DNA of 64,000 nt, taken from an uncultured Gemmataceae bacterium. Lineage in GTDB: Bacteria; Planctomycetota; Planctomycetia; Gemmatales; Gemmataceae. The notes under the pieces were generated by a model, which was not told the DNA's origin, made no database searches, and was given only the letters and a program-made list of their open reading frames with translations. A program made the position numbers and the translations under genes. How positions within the stretch are numbered: the first letter of the stretch is position 1; the number at the start of each line of letters is the position of its first letter. The stretch is from assembly GCA_963750165.1 (NCBI GenBank), contig CAVVPN010000003.1, forward strand, positions 1,184,001 to 1,248,000. The letters run 5' to 3'. Positions 10,676 to 21,256 of the stretch are shown here, piece by piece.

Positions 10676-11494
10676 ATGCGCGTGATGTTCACCGCGGCCG
10701 TGCTGGCCCTGCCGCTGGCCGCCTCGCTGGCTGCGGCCCATGACCTGTGGCTCATCCCGCCCGAGACCGCGACGGCCGGCGCGCCCGTCGTACTGCTGGC
10801 CAACGTCGGCATGGACTTCCCGCACAGCGAACACGCCCACGACACCGCCGGCTATCCGCGGCGCCTGCTGATCCTGCCCGACGGCGGCGCGGGCAAATTG
10901 GAGCCGGCCGGCAAGCAAGACAAGTCGGGCCTGCTGCGTTTTCAGGCAGCAAAACCGGGCGTGTACGTCGCCGCGGTGCAGACGCAACCGCGGCTCCTCA
11001 AGCTCAGCGCCGCCGACTTCAACGCCTATCTCGTGGCCGATGGTCTGCCGCACGTGTACCGTCAGCGCGTCAAGGACGGCACCCTCGACAAACCGGCCGT
11101 GGAGCGCTACTCCAAGTCGCCGAAGGTGCTGGTGCAGGTTGGCCAGGGTGGCGGCGGCGACCCGTGCCGCGTGCTCGGCTTGCCGCTGGAGATCGTGCCG
11201 TTGCGCAGCCCGTTCGCGCTGAAGCCGGGGGAAGCGTTGCCGGTGAGGGTGCTGTTCCAGGGCAAGCCGCTGTCCGAGGCGAACGTCGGCTGGCAGGGGC
11301 CGGGCGACGGCACGGCTCGCGGCTACGTTCGCACCGACACCCACGGCGCGGCGCTGGTGCCGGTGGCGCGCCCGGGGCTACTCACGCTGCGGCTGACGCA
11401 CATGACGCGGCCGAACACGCCGGACTACGAGTGGGAGTCGTTCTGGACGACGCTGACGTTCCGCGTGCCGGAAAAGGCGAAGGGGGCCGAGTGA
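10676..11494 (+). CDS. DUF4198-family periplasmic protein (often linked to Ni/Co uptake)
   Basis: Signal peptide ending AAA-HDLWLIP; ERYSKSPK, LEIVP, VLFQGKPL, TTLTF. Confidence 0.85.
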   Translation: MRVMFTAAVLALPLAASLAAAHDLWLIPPETATAGAPVVLLANVGMDFPHSEHAHDTAGYPRRLLILPDGGAGKLEPAGKQDKSGLLRFQAAKPGVYVAAVQTQPRLLKLSAADFNAYLVADGLPHVYRQRVKDGTLDKPAVERYSKSPKVLVQVGQGGGGDPCRVLGLPLEIVPLRSPFALKPGEALPVRVLFQGKPLSEANVGWQGPGDGTARGYVRTDTHGAALVPVARPGLLTLRLTHMTRPNTPDYEWESFWTTLTFRVPEKAKGAE

Positions 11495-11536
11495 TGGCGA
11501 GCGGGGGAGAGTGAGTCCCCGCGCGCCGCCCGGCGC

Positions 11537-13837
11537 TCAGGCCGCTTGCAGTGTCGGCGGCGGTGGCGCCTCGGCCGGCTCTTCATAAAGGATGCGGGCG
11601 ACGCGCTCGATCTCCTCGCGCAACTCGCGGAGCTGCTGCTCCTGACGGTCGCGCGCGGCCAGGGTGCTGTGCAACTGCTGCCGCAGTCCTGCCTGGTCGG
11701 TCTCCGCCTGGGCCTGCGCCTCCTCCCAGGCCGCCTGCCGCTGGGTCAGGTTCGCCTCGCGTTGCGTCAACGCCTCCAGCTGCTGCTGCAACGCGGCCTG
11801 TCGCGCTTCCAGTTGCGCGGCCTCCGCGACCAGTTGCTGACGCTTCACCTCCGTCTCACGCAGGGTGGCGGCGTGCTGCGTTCGCCAACGCAGCCGCAGC
11901 CGCTCGATGCGCCGCTCCGCCGCGGCAGCGTCGCTGGCCCGCAGAACCGTTTCTTGCTTGTACTGCTCCAGCACCAGCGTCTTTTCCGCGAGCGAGCGGC
12001 GATCATCCTCCAGAGCCACGCCGCGCTGCCACAACTCCTCGCGCAGCGTCACGCTCTCCTTGCGTGTTTTCTCACAGCGCGCCCGTTCGGCACGCAGCAG
12101 GTCCAGCTCCTGACGGTGGCGTTTGGTCCAGCGCTGCCGCAGTTCGACCAGCGCCACCAGGTGCCGCTCCGTCGTCTGTTCGCGGCCGCGCAGGTCCGTC
12201 AGCAACTGATCGCGTTCGCTGCGCCAGTTGATCTCCTCGGCCTGCAAGCGGGTCGCCCATGCCTCCAGTTGCAGCCGGCGCTGGGCGTTCTCCTCGCGGC
12301 GCTGGCGCAGGTCGGCCTCCGCAGCCTCGACGACCTGGCGCCGCTCCGTCAACTCCTGCTCTCGTTCGGGGAAGCCCGCGATGGCCGCTTCCAACTCCGC
12401 CGCCGCGGCCTGACGGTCGCGCTCCCACTGGCATTGTGTCTGCGCCAGCCGCTGCCACTGCTCCGCCAGCTGCGCCCGCTGGTCGGCCAGATCGCAGGCC
12501 AGCTTTTCCAGCGCCGCCAACCGCCGCTGGAGCGCCTCCTCCTGGGCGGCCATTCGGGAAGCACGCTCCGGTTGCGCCGGGGCTGGGGCGGCCGGCGGTT
12601 CCGCGGCGGGGGGCGGCGCCGCGGCGGCCGGGGCCGCGGTGGCGTTTCCCTCCACCGGCACAGCGAGGGGCGGGGTGGCTGGGACCGGCGCGGGCGGCAC
12701 CTCCTGCTGGCGGGCGCGCACCTCCTCGGTCAGCCGCTCCAGTTCCTCCTGCTGTTCCAGAACCTTGTGGCGCTGGTTCAGGATGCGATTTTCCAGGCCC
12801 TCCGCCTCGACCTTCAGGCCGCGCAACTTGCGCTCCCAGGCGTAGCGGTCGTCCTCCAGCAGCCGGGACGCCTCCTTCACCACCGCCGCGTGCACCTCCA
12901 GTTCCGTGCGCTGCCGCCGCGCTGCCGCCTGTTCCTGGGCCAGCCGCTCGCGCCACTGCTGCTGCTCGCGCTGGAGCTGCTGCCGTGCGTCTTCCAGCTG
13001 GCGCCGGCCCAGTTCGCTCTCGCCGTTGAAGCGCAACCGATCCTGCCGCAGCCGCTCGCGCTCGCGCTCCAGCTGCGACTGCCCCGCCGCCACCTCGCCC
13101 TCGCGCTGCTGCAATAGCTTGCGATCTGTCTGCAGCTGGCGGTCGGCCCGCTGCTGCAACCGGCGCCGCAGCACACGCAGCCGCTGCCGTTCCGCATCGA
13201 GCTGCTGACGGCCCTCAACCAGCTCACGCTGGGCGGCACTCAGGTCGTGCGTCGCCTTTTCGACGTGCTCCTGGTAAGCGGTGCGCTCCTGCCGCAGCGC
13301 GGCACGAGCACTCTGGGCGTGCTCGGTCAACTCCTGAAGCTTGCGGCGCTTCTCGTCGAGGTGGGCGGCCAGCTGGCTCTCCTGCTGCTCCAGTGTGCCG
13401 CGCTGCTGCACCAGGCGGACCTCTTCGTCCAGCAGCGCCGCCTGCTGCGCCGCCACCGCGGCGGCCTGGATGCGCAGTCCCGCCTTCTCCTCCGGATGGT
13501 TCTCGATGGCGCCGGGCGGCAGGTGCAGACAGAACTGAAACGAGCCGATGGTCAACTCGTCGCCGTCGTGCAGCGGCTGCACGGTGACCGGCACGCCGTT
13601 GAGCAGGGTGCCGCTGTCCAGGTCGCGCAGCACGAAGCCGCCAGCCGTGTGCGCGATCAGGCAGTGCAGCGGAGCGATGCCGGGCACGTTCAGGCGGATG
13701 TCGCACCCCGGGGCTTGGCCGATGAAGGTCAGCGGCAGCTGGAGCGGGCGGCGGGCGCCGGCCTGACGGCCGGACTGCACGACCAGTTCCCCCGCGGCGG
13801 GCGGTGCGGGTGCGGGCTGCTTGGCTCGAACGTCCAT
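11537..13837 (-). CDS. FHA-domain long coiled-coil protein
   Basis: IGQAPGCDIRL...HCLI...GTLLNG...LHDGDELTIG followed by Q/E/R-rich heptads. Confidence 0.85.
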   Translation of the reverse strand: MDVRAKQPAPAPPAAGELVVQSGRQAGARRPLQLPLTFIGQAPGCDIRLNVPGIAPLHCLIAHTAGGFVLRDLDSGTLLNGVPVTVQPLHDGDELTIGSFQFCLHLPPGAIENHPEEKAGLRIQAAAVAAQQAALLDEEVRLVQQRGTLEQQESQLAAHLDEKRRKLQELTEHAQSARAALRQERTAYQEHVEKATHDLSAAQRELVEGRQQLDAERQRLRVLRRRLQQRADRQLQTDRKLLQQREGEVAAGQSQLERERERLRQDRLRFNGESELGRRQLEDARQQLQREQQQWRERLAQEQAAARRQRTELEVHAAVVKEASRLLEDDRYAWERKLRGLKVEAEGLENRILNQRHKVLEQQEELERLTEEVRARQQEVPPAPVPATPPLAVPVEGNATAAPAAAAPPPAAEPPAAPAPAQPERASRMAAQEEALQRRLAALEKLACDLADQRAQLAEQWQRLAQTQCQWERDRQAAAAELEAAIAGFPEREQELTERRQVVEAAEADLRQRREENAQRRLQLEAWATRLQAEEINWRSERDQLLTDLRGREQTTERHLVALVELRQRWTKRHRQELDLLRAERARCEKTRKESVTLREELWQRGVALEDDRRSLAEKTLVLEQYKQETVLRASDAAAAERRIERLRLRWRTQHAATLRETEVKRQQLVAEAAQLEARQAALQQQLEALTQREANLTQRQAAWEEAQAQAETDQAGLRQQLHSTLAARDRQEQQLRELREEIERVARILYEEPAEAPPPPTLQAA

Positions 13838-13978
13838 GTAGGTTCCTCAGTGGGGCTGGCGGGACTTCTTCCCTGGTTATCGGCTATCAGTCGCGGCCAG
13901 TTGAGAAACAGGGGAACCTCCGCAAAACAAAAAGACCCGGCGCGCGGACGATGCCGCCAGCACCGGGCCTCATTGTCT

Positions 13979-14037
13979 CGTGGGGCAGGCTTTCCAGCCT
14001 GCCGTGCAGCATGGCAGGCTGGAAAGCCTGCCCCACG
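13979..14037. repeat. REP doublet, family B (GTGGGGCAGGCTTTCCAGCCTG)
   Basis: Perfect inverted pair; related palindrome at 28176-28203. Confidence 0.85.
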
Positions 14038-14044
14038 TCCGGAA

Positions 14045-14383
14045 TCAACCGTTCAGCACACTGTTGATGGACGTGGTCAGTTCGCGCTCGGAGGTCAGGC
14101 CAACGTGCGTCTTCTCCGGCCGGTCACCGCCCTTGAAGATGAGCACGCGCGGAATGTTGACGACGCCATACTTGGTCGCCACGTCGGGGCTGTCGTCCAC
14201 GTTGAGCTTGCCGACCTTGACCTTGCCGGCGAACTGCTCGGCCAGCTTATCGATGGTCGGTCCCAGGGCGCGGCAGGGACCGCACCAGGGCGCCCAGAAG
14301 TCCACGACCACCGGCACGTCACTCTTCTCAACTTCCTGTGCCCAGTTGGCGTCCGTGAACTCAAGTACATGCTGACCCGCCAT
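14045..14383 (-). CDS. trxA: Thioredoxin
   Basis: VVVDFWAPWCGPCR active site. Confidence 0.95.
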   Translation of the reverse strand: MAGQHVLEFTDANWAQEVEKSDVPVVVDFWAPWCGPCRALGPTIDKLAEQFAGKVKVGKLNVDDSPDVATKYGVVNIPRVLIFKGGDRPEKTHVGLTSERELTTSINSVLNG

Positions 14384-14531
14384 GATGGTTCCTTTCGTCA
14401 AATGAGAGTCCGTTGGCCGCGTGGCCGTTGGCTCCATTATAGGTGCGGCCCCGCCGCCGAACAATGCGGGCGGCGGCTGGCCTACCCATTAGATGTCGGA
14501 CTCCTGCCTGGGGATTCACCGCCGAAACGCA

Positions 14532-15230
14532 TCACTCTTGCGGGAGCAACGCCGGACCCTGTCCCTGCGTCGGCGGCACGGGCAGCGGCAGCGGTTGCGG
14601 CGGAGCCAGCGGCGGCGGTGGCGTCACCACCGGGGGCTCAGGCGTCTGCTGCTGAGGCTGGGTCGGGCCTTTCGGCAGCGGCCGATAGTCCTTCACCTCC
14701 GGCGCCGTGCCGTTCTTCCTGTCGTTCCACCACGGCTGCTGCGGGTCGGCCAGCGGCGGCTCGGTGGTCTTGACCGTCGGCTGCTGCGGCCCGTCCACCA
14801 TCTTGTCCTTGTCGTAGCCCGCCATGTGATACCACATCAGCGTTGTACGCGCTTGCAGCCGGACGCGGATGGCGCTGTCGTTGGAGGCCGCCCGCTCCAG
14901 GGCCAGGCCGGCCGCGTTCGACACCGGCCGCAGCCGGCCCAGCGCATGCACCGCGTCCAGTCGCACGCCCACCTTCGGCTCCCGCTCCAGCACCTCGACC
15001 AGCGTCGGTACGACCTGGGGGAAGTCCTTCGTCTCGTAGTGCGACAACTCCTCCACGGCGGCGCTGCGCTTGCGCTCGTCGATGTCGCTCTTGATGGTAT
15101 TGATAAGCTCGGGGACGCGCTGGGTGGGCGTCGCCCGGGGGGCGGTTTTCCTGCCGAACAGCTGCGCGGACGCCGGGGCGGTGGAACCGAGCGCCAGCGC
15201 GACGACCAGAAGGACACGGCTCCAGTTCAT
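14532..15230 (-). CDS. Secreted HEAT-repeat protein with Pro-rich tail
   Basis: Signal peptide MNWSRVLL...ASAQ; HEAT-like VRLDAVHALG. Confidence 0.8.
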   Translation of the reverse strand: MNWSRVLLVVALALGSTAPASAQLFGRKTAPRATPTQRVPELINTIKSDIDERKRSAAVEELSHYETKDFPQVVPTLVEVLEREPKVGVRLDAVHALGRLRPVSNAAGLALERAASNDSAIRVRLQARTTLMWYHMAGYDKDKMVDGPQQPTVKTTEPPLADPQQPWWNDRKNGTAPEVKDYRPLPKGPTQPQQQTPEPPVVTPPPPLAPPQPLPLPVPPTQGQGPALLPQE

Positions 15231-15450
15231 GGTGTGACTCCGCTCAACCGGGATTACGGGCTGCCGCCGCGCCCGTTCGCGCAGGGGCGACTTCACTCCC
15301 TCTCATCGGCGTCCGCGTCTGCGTTTCCTGCGACTTCTCCGGGCCGGCTGGCCGCTTCCGCCACGGCAAGGCCGGCAAACCCGGCGCCGCCGGTGCGACC
15401 GGCGCCGGCGCGATAAAATAGGGGGGATCGAGGGGGGGAGGTGCGAAGTC

Positions 15451-16275
15451 GTGGTTCACTGGATTTACTGGCTGCTGCTGCTGACGGGGCTCTACCCGCT
15501 CAGCCGGGCCTGGCTCGGCAACCGCCGCACCACTTTGCTGCACGCGATCCACTGGGGCCTGGCCGCCTGGCTGGCCTGGGTGGCGGTCGTGGCGCTGGGG
15601 CCAGCCGTACCGGTCCAGCCGTGGTCGGTGCCGCGCTACCTGGCGCTGTGCCTGACCGGCTGCGCCGGCGTCGCGGTGCTGGGAGCGCGGCGGCCGGTTG
15701 CGGGGGCGTGGAACTTCGTGGTCTGCGGCCTGCTGGCGACCATGCTGCTGCCGCTGATTGAGGGCGCCGTCATCGGGGCGGAGTCCATGACGGTGCTGCG
15801 AGTGCTGTTCCTGGCGCTGACGCTGGCGGTGGGGGTGCTGAACTACCTGCCGACGCGGTTGTGGGCCGCGGCGCTGCTGCTGGCGGCGGGCTGTGCCTGG
15901 GAGGTCGTGGTGCTGGCGGACCCGGGGGCGCTGCGTTGGCGGCGGCCGGATGGGTTCGAGCCCGGTTGGCTGTGCCTGGCGGCGGCGCCGTGGGCCGGCT
16001 ACCTCAACTGGCGGCGGGCGCCGCCGTGTTCGTCGTTCGACCGGCTGTGGTGGGAGTTCCGCAACCGCTATGGGTTGGTGTGGGGCCAGCGCGTCCGCGA
16101 GCAGTTCAACCGCGCCGCGGTCCACGCCGGCTGGCCGGTGCAGCTGCACTGGTACGGCCTGCTGCGCTTCGCCGCCGGCGAACCGCTGGACGAGGAGCAG
16201 CAACTGGAACTGTACCGCACACTGCAGGCGTTGCTGAAACGCTTCGGTTCGGACGGTGAGGACCGGCCGCCGTGA
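15451..16275 (+). CDS. Multi-pass membrane hypothetical protein
   Basis: About 7 hydrophobic segments. Confidence 0.75.
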   Translation: MVHWIYWLLLLTGLYPLSRAWLGNRRTTLLHAIHWGLAAWLAWVAVVALGPAVPVQPWSVPRYLALCLTGCAGVAVLGARRPVAGAWNFVVCGLLATMLLPLIEGAVIGAESMTVLRVLFLALTLAVGVLNYLPTRLWAAALLLAAGCAWEVVVLADPGALRWRRPDGFEPGWLCLAAAPWAGYLNWRRAPPCSSFDRLWWEFRNRYGLVWGQRVREQFNRAAVHAGWPVQLHWYGLLRFAAGEPLDEEQQLELYRTLQALLKRFGSDGEDRPP

Positions 16276-16278
16276 GGC

Positions 16279-16641
16279 TCAGTAGCCGCCGCGAGAGGCG
16301 TTGTTGCTGCCGAAGCCGCTGCCGCCCCCCATGCCACCCATGCCGCCGCCCATGCCGCCCATGCCACCACCCATACCGCCCATGCCGCCACCACCGCCCA
16401 TGCCGCCACCACCGCCCATGCCGCCCATGCCACCGCCGCGTTTGCCGGAGCCGGTGCCATCGGGGTTGTTGGGGTCCGTTGGCGTGTAGGTGGGCGGCCG
16501 ACTATAGCGCGAGTCGTTGGCGGGGGGGAGGTTGAATTCCTCGGGCATCTGGGCGGGCTTGAGAACCGGCCCCGTGTCTCGGCAGCCCAGCGCCAGCAGC
16601 ACGGCGCTCAGCCAGCACGACAGTACCCAGCATGTGCGCAT
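16279..16641 (-). CDS. Small lipoprotein with GGM-repeat tail
   Basis: Lipobox LALGC; tandem GGM units. Confidence 0.75.
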   Translation of the reverse strand: MRTCWVLSCWLSAVLLALGCRDTGPVLKPAQMPEEFNLPPANDSRYSRPPTYTPTDPNNPDGTGSGKRGGGMGGMGGGGGMGGGGGMGGMGGGMGGMGGGMGGMGGGSGFGSNNASRGGY

Positions 16642-16813
16642 GGTTCCCTCCCTTGGCCACGAGCCGCAGCCCTCCCCCACGGCCGTCAGGGCGGAGTTAT
16701 AACGGGTCGCGGAGGCGAATCAAGGGGAATTGCAGATTGCACAGGACTGTTTCCTGGTTGGGATTGGAGAACCAGTGCGCGCGTCGAATATAATGCCCCC
16801 GGAGGTGACGCAG

Positions 16814-17050
16814 ATGCAACCGACCTTGCGACTGGAAACGACGGTCCTCCCGGGCCACCGGCTGGAGATCAGCAACCCGGCGCTGCCGGAAGGCGCCCGG
16901 GTCGAGGTCATCGTCGTCTTGCCGGAACAGCCGCAGCGCATGTCCATGTTGGAGTTGCTGCAATCGCTGCCGCCAGGCCCCCGGGCTTTTCCGACCTGGG
17001 AAGAGTACGAACGGCACCTGCAAGAGGAGAAAGATGCGTGGGAGCGCTGA
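16814..17050 (+). CDS. Putative antitoxin, partner of the PIN toxin
   Basis: GGAGGT RBS at 16801; LPEGARVEVIV; overlaps the PIN gene. Confidence 0.7.
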   Translation: MQPTLRLETTVLPGHRLEISNPALPEGARVEVIVVLPEQPQRMSMLELLQSLPPGPRAFPTWEEYERHLQEEKDAWER

Positions 17051-17481
17051 ACCTGCCTGCGTCCGGCCTGGTGTACCTTGATGCGAACTCGATCATCTAC
17101 ACCGTGGAGAAACACCCTGTTTTCGAGCCGCTGCTTCAACCGCTGTGGCAGGCGGCTCAGTCCAGGACCATTGACGTGGTTACCAGCGACCTGGCACTCA
17201 TGGAGGTTCTTGTTGGCCCTTTCAAAAGAGGTGACGTTGCTCTGGAGAAAGATTTTGAAAAGGCACTCCTGGGAACGGATGTGCGGCTGTTGCCCATTAC
17301 CCAACCCATCCTGCGGGAAGCCGCCCGTCTACGGGCCACGACCAAATTAAAAACCCCTGATGCACTGCACGCCGTCACGGCGCAGCAGGCGGGTTGCACC
17401 CTCTTCGTCACCAACGACGCCGGCTCCCGAGCCGTTCCGGGCTTGCCGTTGGTGATTTTGGCTGACTTGCTGGCTCCTTGA
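17038..17481 (+). CDS. PIN-domain VapC-like toxin
   Basis: VYLDANSIIY, EVLV, LKTPDALHA, FVTND. Confidence 0.9.
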   Translation: MGALNLPASGLVYLDANSIIYTVEKHPVFEPLLQPLWQAAQSRTIDVVTSDLALMEVLVGPFKRGDVALEKDFEKALLGTDVRLLPITQPILREAARLRATTKLKTPDALHAVTAQQAGCTLFVTNDAGSRAVPGLPLVILADLLAP

Positions 17482-17500
17482 AACTCAACTCGGGCAGCGT

Positions 17501-17731
17501 TCAGGCCGAACACTGGCGCTGCCGTTTGGCCTCAGCCCGCAGCCGGGCGCCGCACTCCCGGCAGACGGTGACGCAGGTGGCGTCGAGCCGGAAGGCGGTG
17601 GCCGGGGGGATGCGGCAGACTTCCAGGCCGCGGCCGAAAGTGCTGGCGTGGTCCTCGTCTGCGATGCCACACACCCGACAGCGGTGGCCGTCCCGGGTGC
17701 GGATTGCTTCCTTCATCTGTTTGTCGTTCAT
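17501..17731 (-). CDS. Small degenerate HNH-like zinc-binding protein
   Basis: IRTRDGHRCRVCG...LEVCRI...TVCRECG: two CxxC pairs in HNH layout, but the catalytic His/Asn are missing. Confidence 0.55.
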   Translation of the reverse strand: MNDKQMKEAIRTRDGHRCRVCGIADEDHASTFGRGLEVCRIPPATAFRLDATCVTVCRECGARLRAEAKRQRQCSA

Positions 17732-17924
17732 GGGCTCCCCCAAAAAGCGCAGGCGATACGGCCGGTAACCGGTAAACACCACTGCCGGCCCGCGGTTCCG
17801 GTCACGACCCAGTCATTGCGACTGGCGCCGCCCCGGGATAGAATTCCTCACATACATACCTGAGCCGACGCCTGCCGGTGTCAGCCCGGCGAGCGGCGCG
17901 GCGTCAAGGGAGGAATGTCGAGGA

Positions 17925-18403
17925 TGCGCTTTGCGCTGGGGCTGGCTGTTCTACCGGCGGGTGAAGACGGGCAAGGCCTTCTACCGGCCCATGAATCACG
18001 TCGTGCATGCGCATCTTCAGAGCATCCTGCCGGAGACCGCGAGCCCGGACGCGCCTGTTTTTCTGGGAGGGGGAGCGCGCCGAACGCGCGCTTCCAGGAG
18101 CTGTGCGCCCTCGCCGGCATCAGGCCGAGGACGAACGTCGAGACCGGCGTGGAGGAACCCTGGGAACTGAAGGATCTGCGGAAGACGTGCGCGACGTACT
18201 ACGACGAGCACCTGCCCGAGTCGTCCGTGGAGATCCTGGGCCACTCGGTCGGGGGCATTACCTACCGCCACTACGCGCACCGCGCCCCGCTGGCGTTCAC
18301 GGCGATCATGACGATCCCGCAGCCGACCGCGTTCTCGGCCCTGCTCCACGGGCACGACGGTGAGTGCCCCTGCTGCCGGCGGCGGTTCGCCGACGCTGGT
18401 TGA
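17925..18403 (+). pseudogene. Tyrosine recombinase/integrase C-terminal fragment (5'-truncated, frameshift near 18080)
   Basis: RVKTGK, LKDLRKTCAT (HxxR-like), ILGHS, TYRHY; no N-terminal part. Confidence 0.8.
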
Positions 18404-18780
18404 CGAGGCCGATGGGACCTGGGCGCCGAACACCTCACACAAACTCAACTCGGAGTCTCGGACCCTGAGCGCCCAAGGCTCAGGGGTAGTGCCTCTCGAA
18501 AACCTCACGGCCAGCTGGTTTCAAACGATCCATTTCCCGCGCCGTAGACCAGATCGCTGAAGCGCTGCCATCGACCGCGCTTCAGTTTGCTCATGGGTGG
18601 TAACACCAGCACGTGCGCTGGGCAGTGTTGAACCAGTTCCTGAGCACATCGACGCCCGGATCGGCCGCCAGACGCCCGGCTTTTCTGAACTTTTCCGTGG
18701 CGGTGAGTAAAAAAACGGGACGCGCGACGGAACTTCTCGCAGTAATTTAAAGAAGATAACTCCACGGGGGAATCGGTCCA

Positions 18781-21190
18781 ATGCCAGACGGAGAGATGCA
18801 CGCTGTAATCGAATACATCCAAAGCCTGGTCGTCGATCCGGACCTCGCCTCTCAAACGGATAACGAGCTGCTGAAGCGCTTCCTGGCCAACCGGGATGAG
18901 AACGCCTTTGAGGCCCTGGTGCGGCGGCACGGCCCGATGGTTCTGGCCCTGTGCCGGCGCATCCTCCGCGACCCCCAGGACGCGGAAGACGCCTTCCAGG
19001 CCGCCTTCCTGGTCTTGGTGCGCAAGGCGGCGTCGATCACCAGGCCGGAACTACTGGGCAACTGGCTCTATGGGGTAGCGTCCCGCACAGCCCGGGCAGC
19101 GCGGGCGGCGGCGGAGAAACGCCGAGTAAAGGAGGCAGAAGCTGTGCCGCGCGAGCAACCCACCCAGGAGAGCCCCTGGCAAGAACTGCAACCCGTTCTG
19201 GACCGGGAGCTGAACCGCCTGCCCGCCAAGTACCGCATTCCCCTCGTGCTCTGTCACCTGGAAGAGAAGAGCAGGCAGGAAGCGGCCCGGACACTCGGCT
19301 TGCCGGAGGGTACGCTGTCCAGCCGACTCGCCAGGGGGCGAGCCTTGCTGGCGCAACGATTGACGCGCTGGTGCCCGAGTGTCGCCGGCGAGGCGTTGCT
19401 TGCCGGGCTCGGCAAGCAGGCCCTGGCCGCCCCTCTGGTCCAGGCAACGACCAAGGCTGGCATGGCTGTCCTGGCGGGCCAGCCGATCAAGACCGGACTG
19501 GTTTCGGCGCAGGTAGCTTTGCTGAGCCAAGGAGTGTTAAGGAGCATGTTCATGACCAAACTCAAAATCACCGCGGCATTGTTATGCGTGGGAAGCCTGC
19601 TCGCTGGTGCAGTGGGTCTGGCTGCCTCGCGGGACTTCGGTACAGAGGAGGAATCTCCGGCGTCTGTCGGCGCCCCTCAGAACCCCGGCGACCCACTGAT
19701 GAAGCAAGTCCTGGAGACGACTCCAAAAATCACCGACCCGGAGGCCAAGTTGCGCGTGCTGCTGCGGATCGCCTGGGTCCAGAACTGGGCGGGTGACGCG
19801 GTGGGCGCCCGGAAAACCCGGCACGAGGCACTGGAACTCGCCAAGGGCTTTGCCGCCGGCAACCCTCGACTCGACGCTTTGTTGATGGTCGCCCAGTCCC
19901 AGACGGAAGCCAAGGATCGGATCGACGTTTTTGAAACGTTGAAGCACGCGGAGCAGGAGGTCACGGCGATTGAGGACGAAAACAAGAAGCCTACCTGGCT
20001 CGCCAGGCTTGTGATTGCCCAGGCAGCCGCGGGCGACTACGAAGGCGGCTTGCGGACGTTGGCGAAAGGCGGCCCCGGGCAAGGGAATCTCTTGGGCTAC
20101 TTCGGCAACCGGCTGAATACCGAAAACAAGGAAGCAGCCCGCAAAGCGGCTACGCAGGCCCTGGCCCTGGTGAAGTTCGAGGGCGAGAGCGCGGCCATCC
20201 AACGGAGGAATGGGTTGTCCGGCGCCTGCTACGCTCTGGCGAAGGCCGGCGCTGTGGATCAAGCGCTCGAAACTGCTGCAAAACTGGGCAAGAGTGATGA
20301 GCGGGACTACTGCCTGCGAGTGATTGTCGTCGCTCTGGCGGGAGACGGAGACCTGGCCGGCGCGGCGCGTACTGCCAAAGGCATTCAGCAGGATGACATC
20401 AAGGCCCACGCCCTGGGCGCCGTTGTCCATGCCCAGGCGAAGGCGGCTGACCTCAAGGCCGCGCAGCACACTGAAGGAATATCGCAAACTGGTCGAGAAG
20501 TTTCAGGAAGCGGAGATGAAGCGGCAAGCAATGAACGGGGGGTTCAAGCAGCAGCGTGTTCCCAATCCCCGACTTGAGCAGTTGCAGGCAGGACTGGCGC
20601 TCACGCAACTTGAGCTTGGCGATCAGAGCGGCGCGCTGGTGACGGTTGCGAATATCGAATCGGACCTGGAGAAGTCGCATACCTTGAGGTGCCTGGGCGT
20701 TCACCTGAGGGACGCCGGAAAACCGGCCGAGGCTCGGGAACTGCTGCTGGCGGCTTCGCAGGCCGCGCAACGAGTGATTCCCAGCACGGGGAAAAGACGC
20801 TGGCCGACCCGATCCGAGAAGGCGTTTACATTATCTCTCAGCGCCCGTGCGCAGGCCAAAACCGGAGATGTCAAGGAAGCCTTCCGGACGGCGAATACGA
20901 TTCCGACGGACCCGGCAATGGACGACGCCCTGGCCGGGATTGCTCCTGCTCAGGCCGACGCGGGTGATCTCAAAGGCGCTCTCGAAACCGTTGCCCGAAT
21001 CCGAGACGAAACCTCGAAAGCAGCCGCACTGGAGGACCTCGCCCAGGTCCTGGCGCGTGCGGGTCACGAAAAAGACGCCCTGGCCATGGCCGCACAGCAG
21101 ACGTCGCCTGCGGTAAAGGCCCGGGCGCTGCTGGGCGTGATTTTGGGGAAATCGAAAGCAAAACTTCCCAAAAAAGTATCGCCCGAGTAG
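18781..21190 (+). CDS. ECF sigma-70 factor with TM and TPR-like C-terminal extension (frameshift near 20465)
   Basis: AFEALVRRHGPMV, DAEDAFQAAF, GTLSSRLARGR; helical repeats continue in ORF 20324..21190. Confidence 0.88.
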
Positions 21191-21204
21191 CCAGGAAAAC
21201 CACA

Positions 21205-21250
21205 GCCGGGGAAGGCGCGCCCGATCCTTCCCCGGCCCGGCTTTTCTTTC
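21205..21250 (+). terminator. Hairpin terminator between convergent genes
   Basis: GCCGGGGAAGG...CCTTCCCCGGC followed by a pyrimidine/T tract. Confidence 0.6.
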
Positions 21251-21256
21251 TCTTCC

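Noticed and set aside
18404..18780. tRNA/att site or ECF promoter next to the integrase remnant
   Set aside because: No cloverleaf or direct repeat found; GAACTT motifs lack a convincing -10 element
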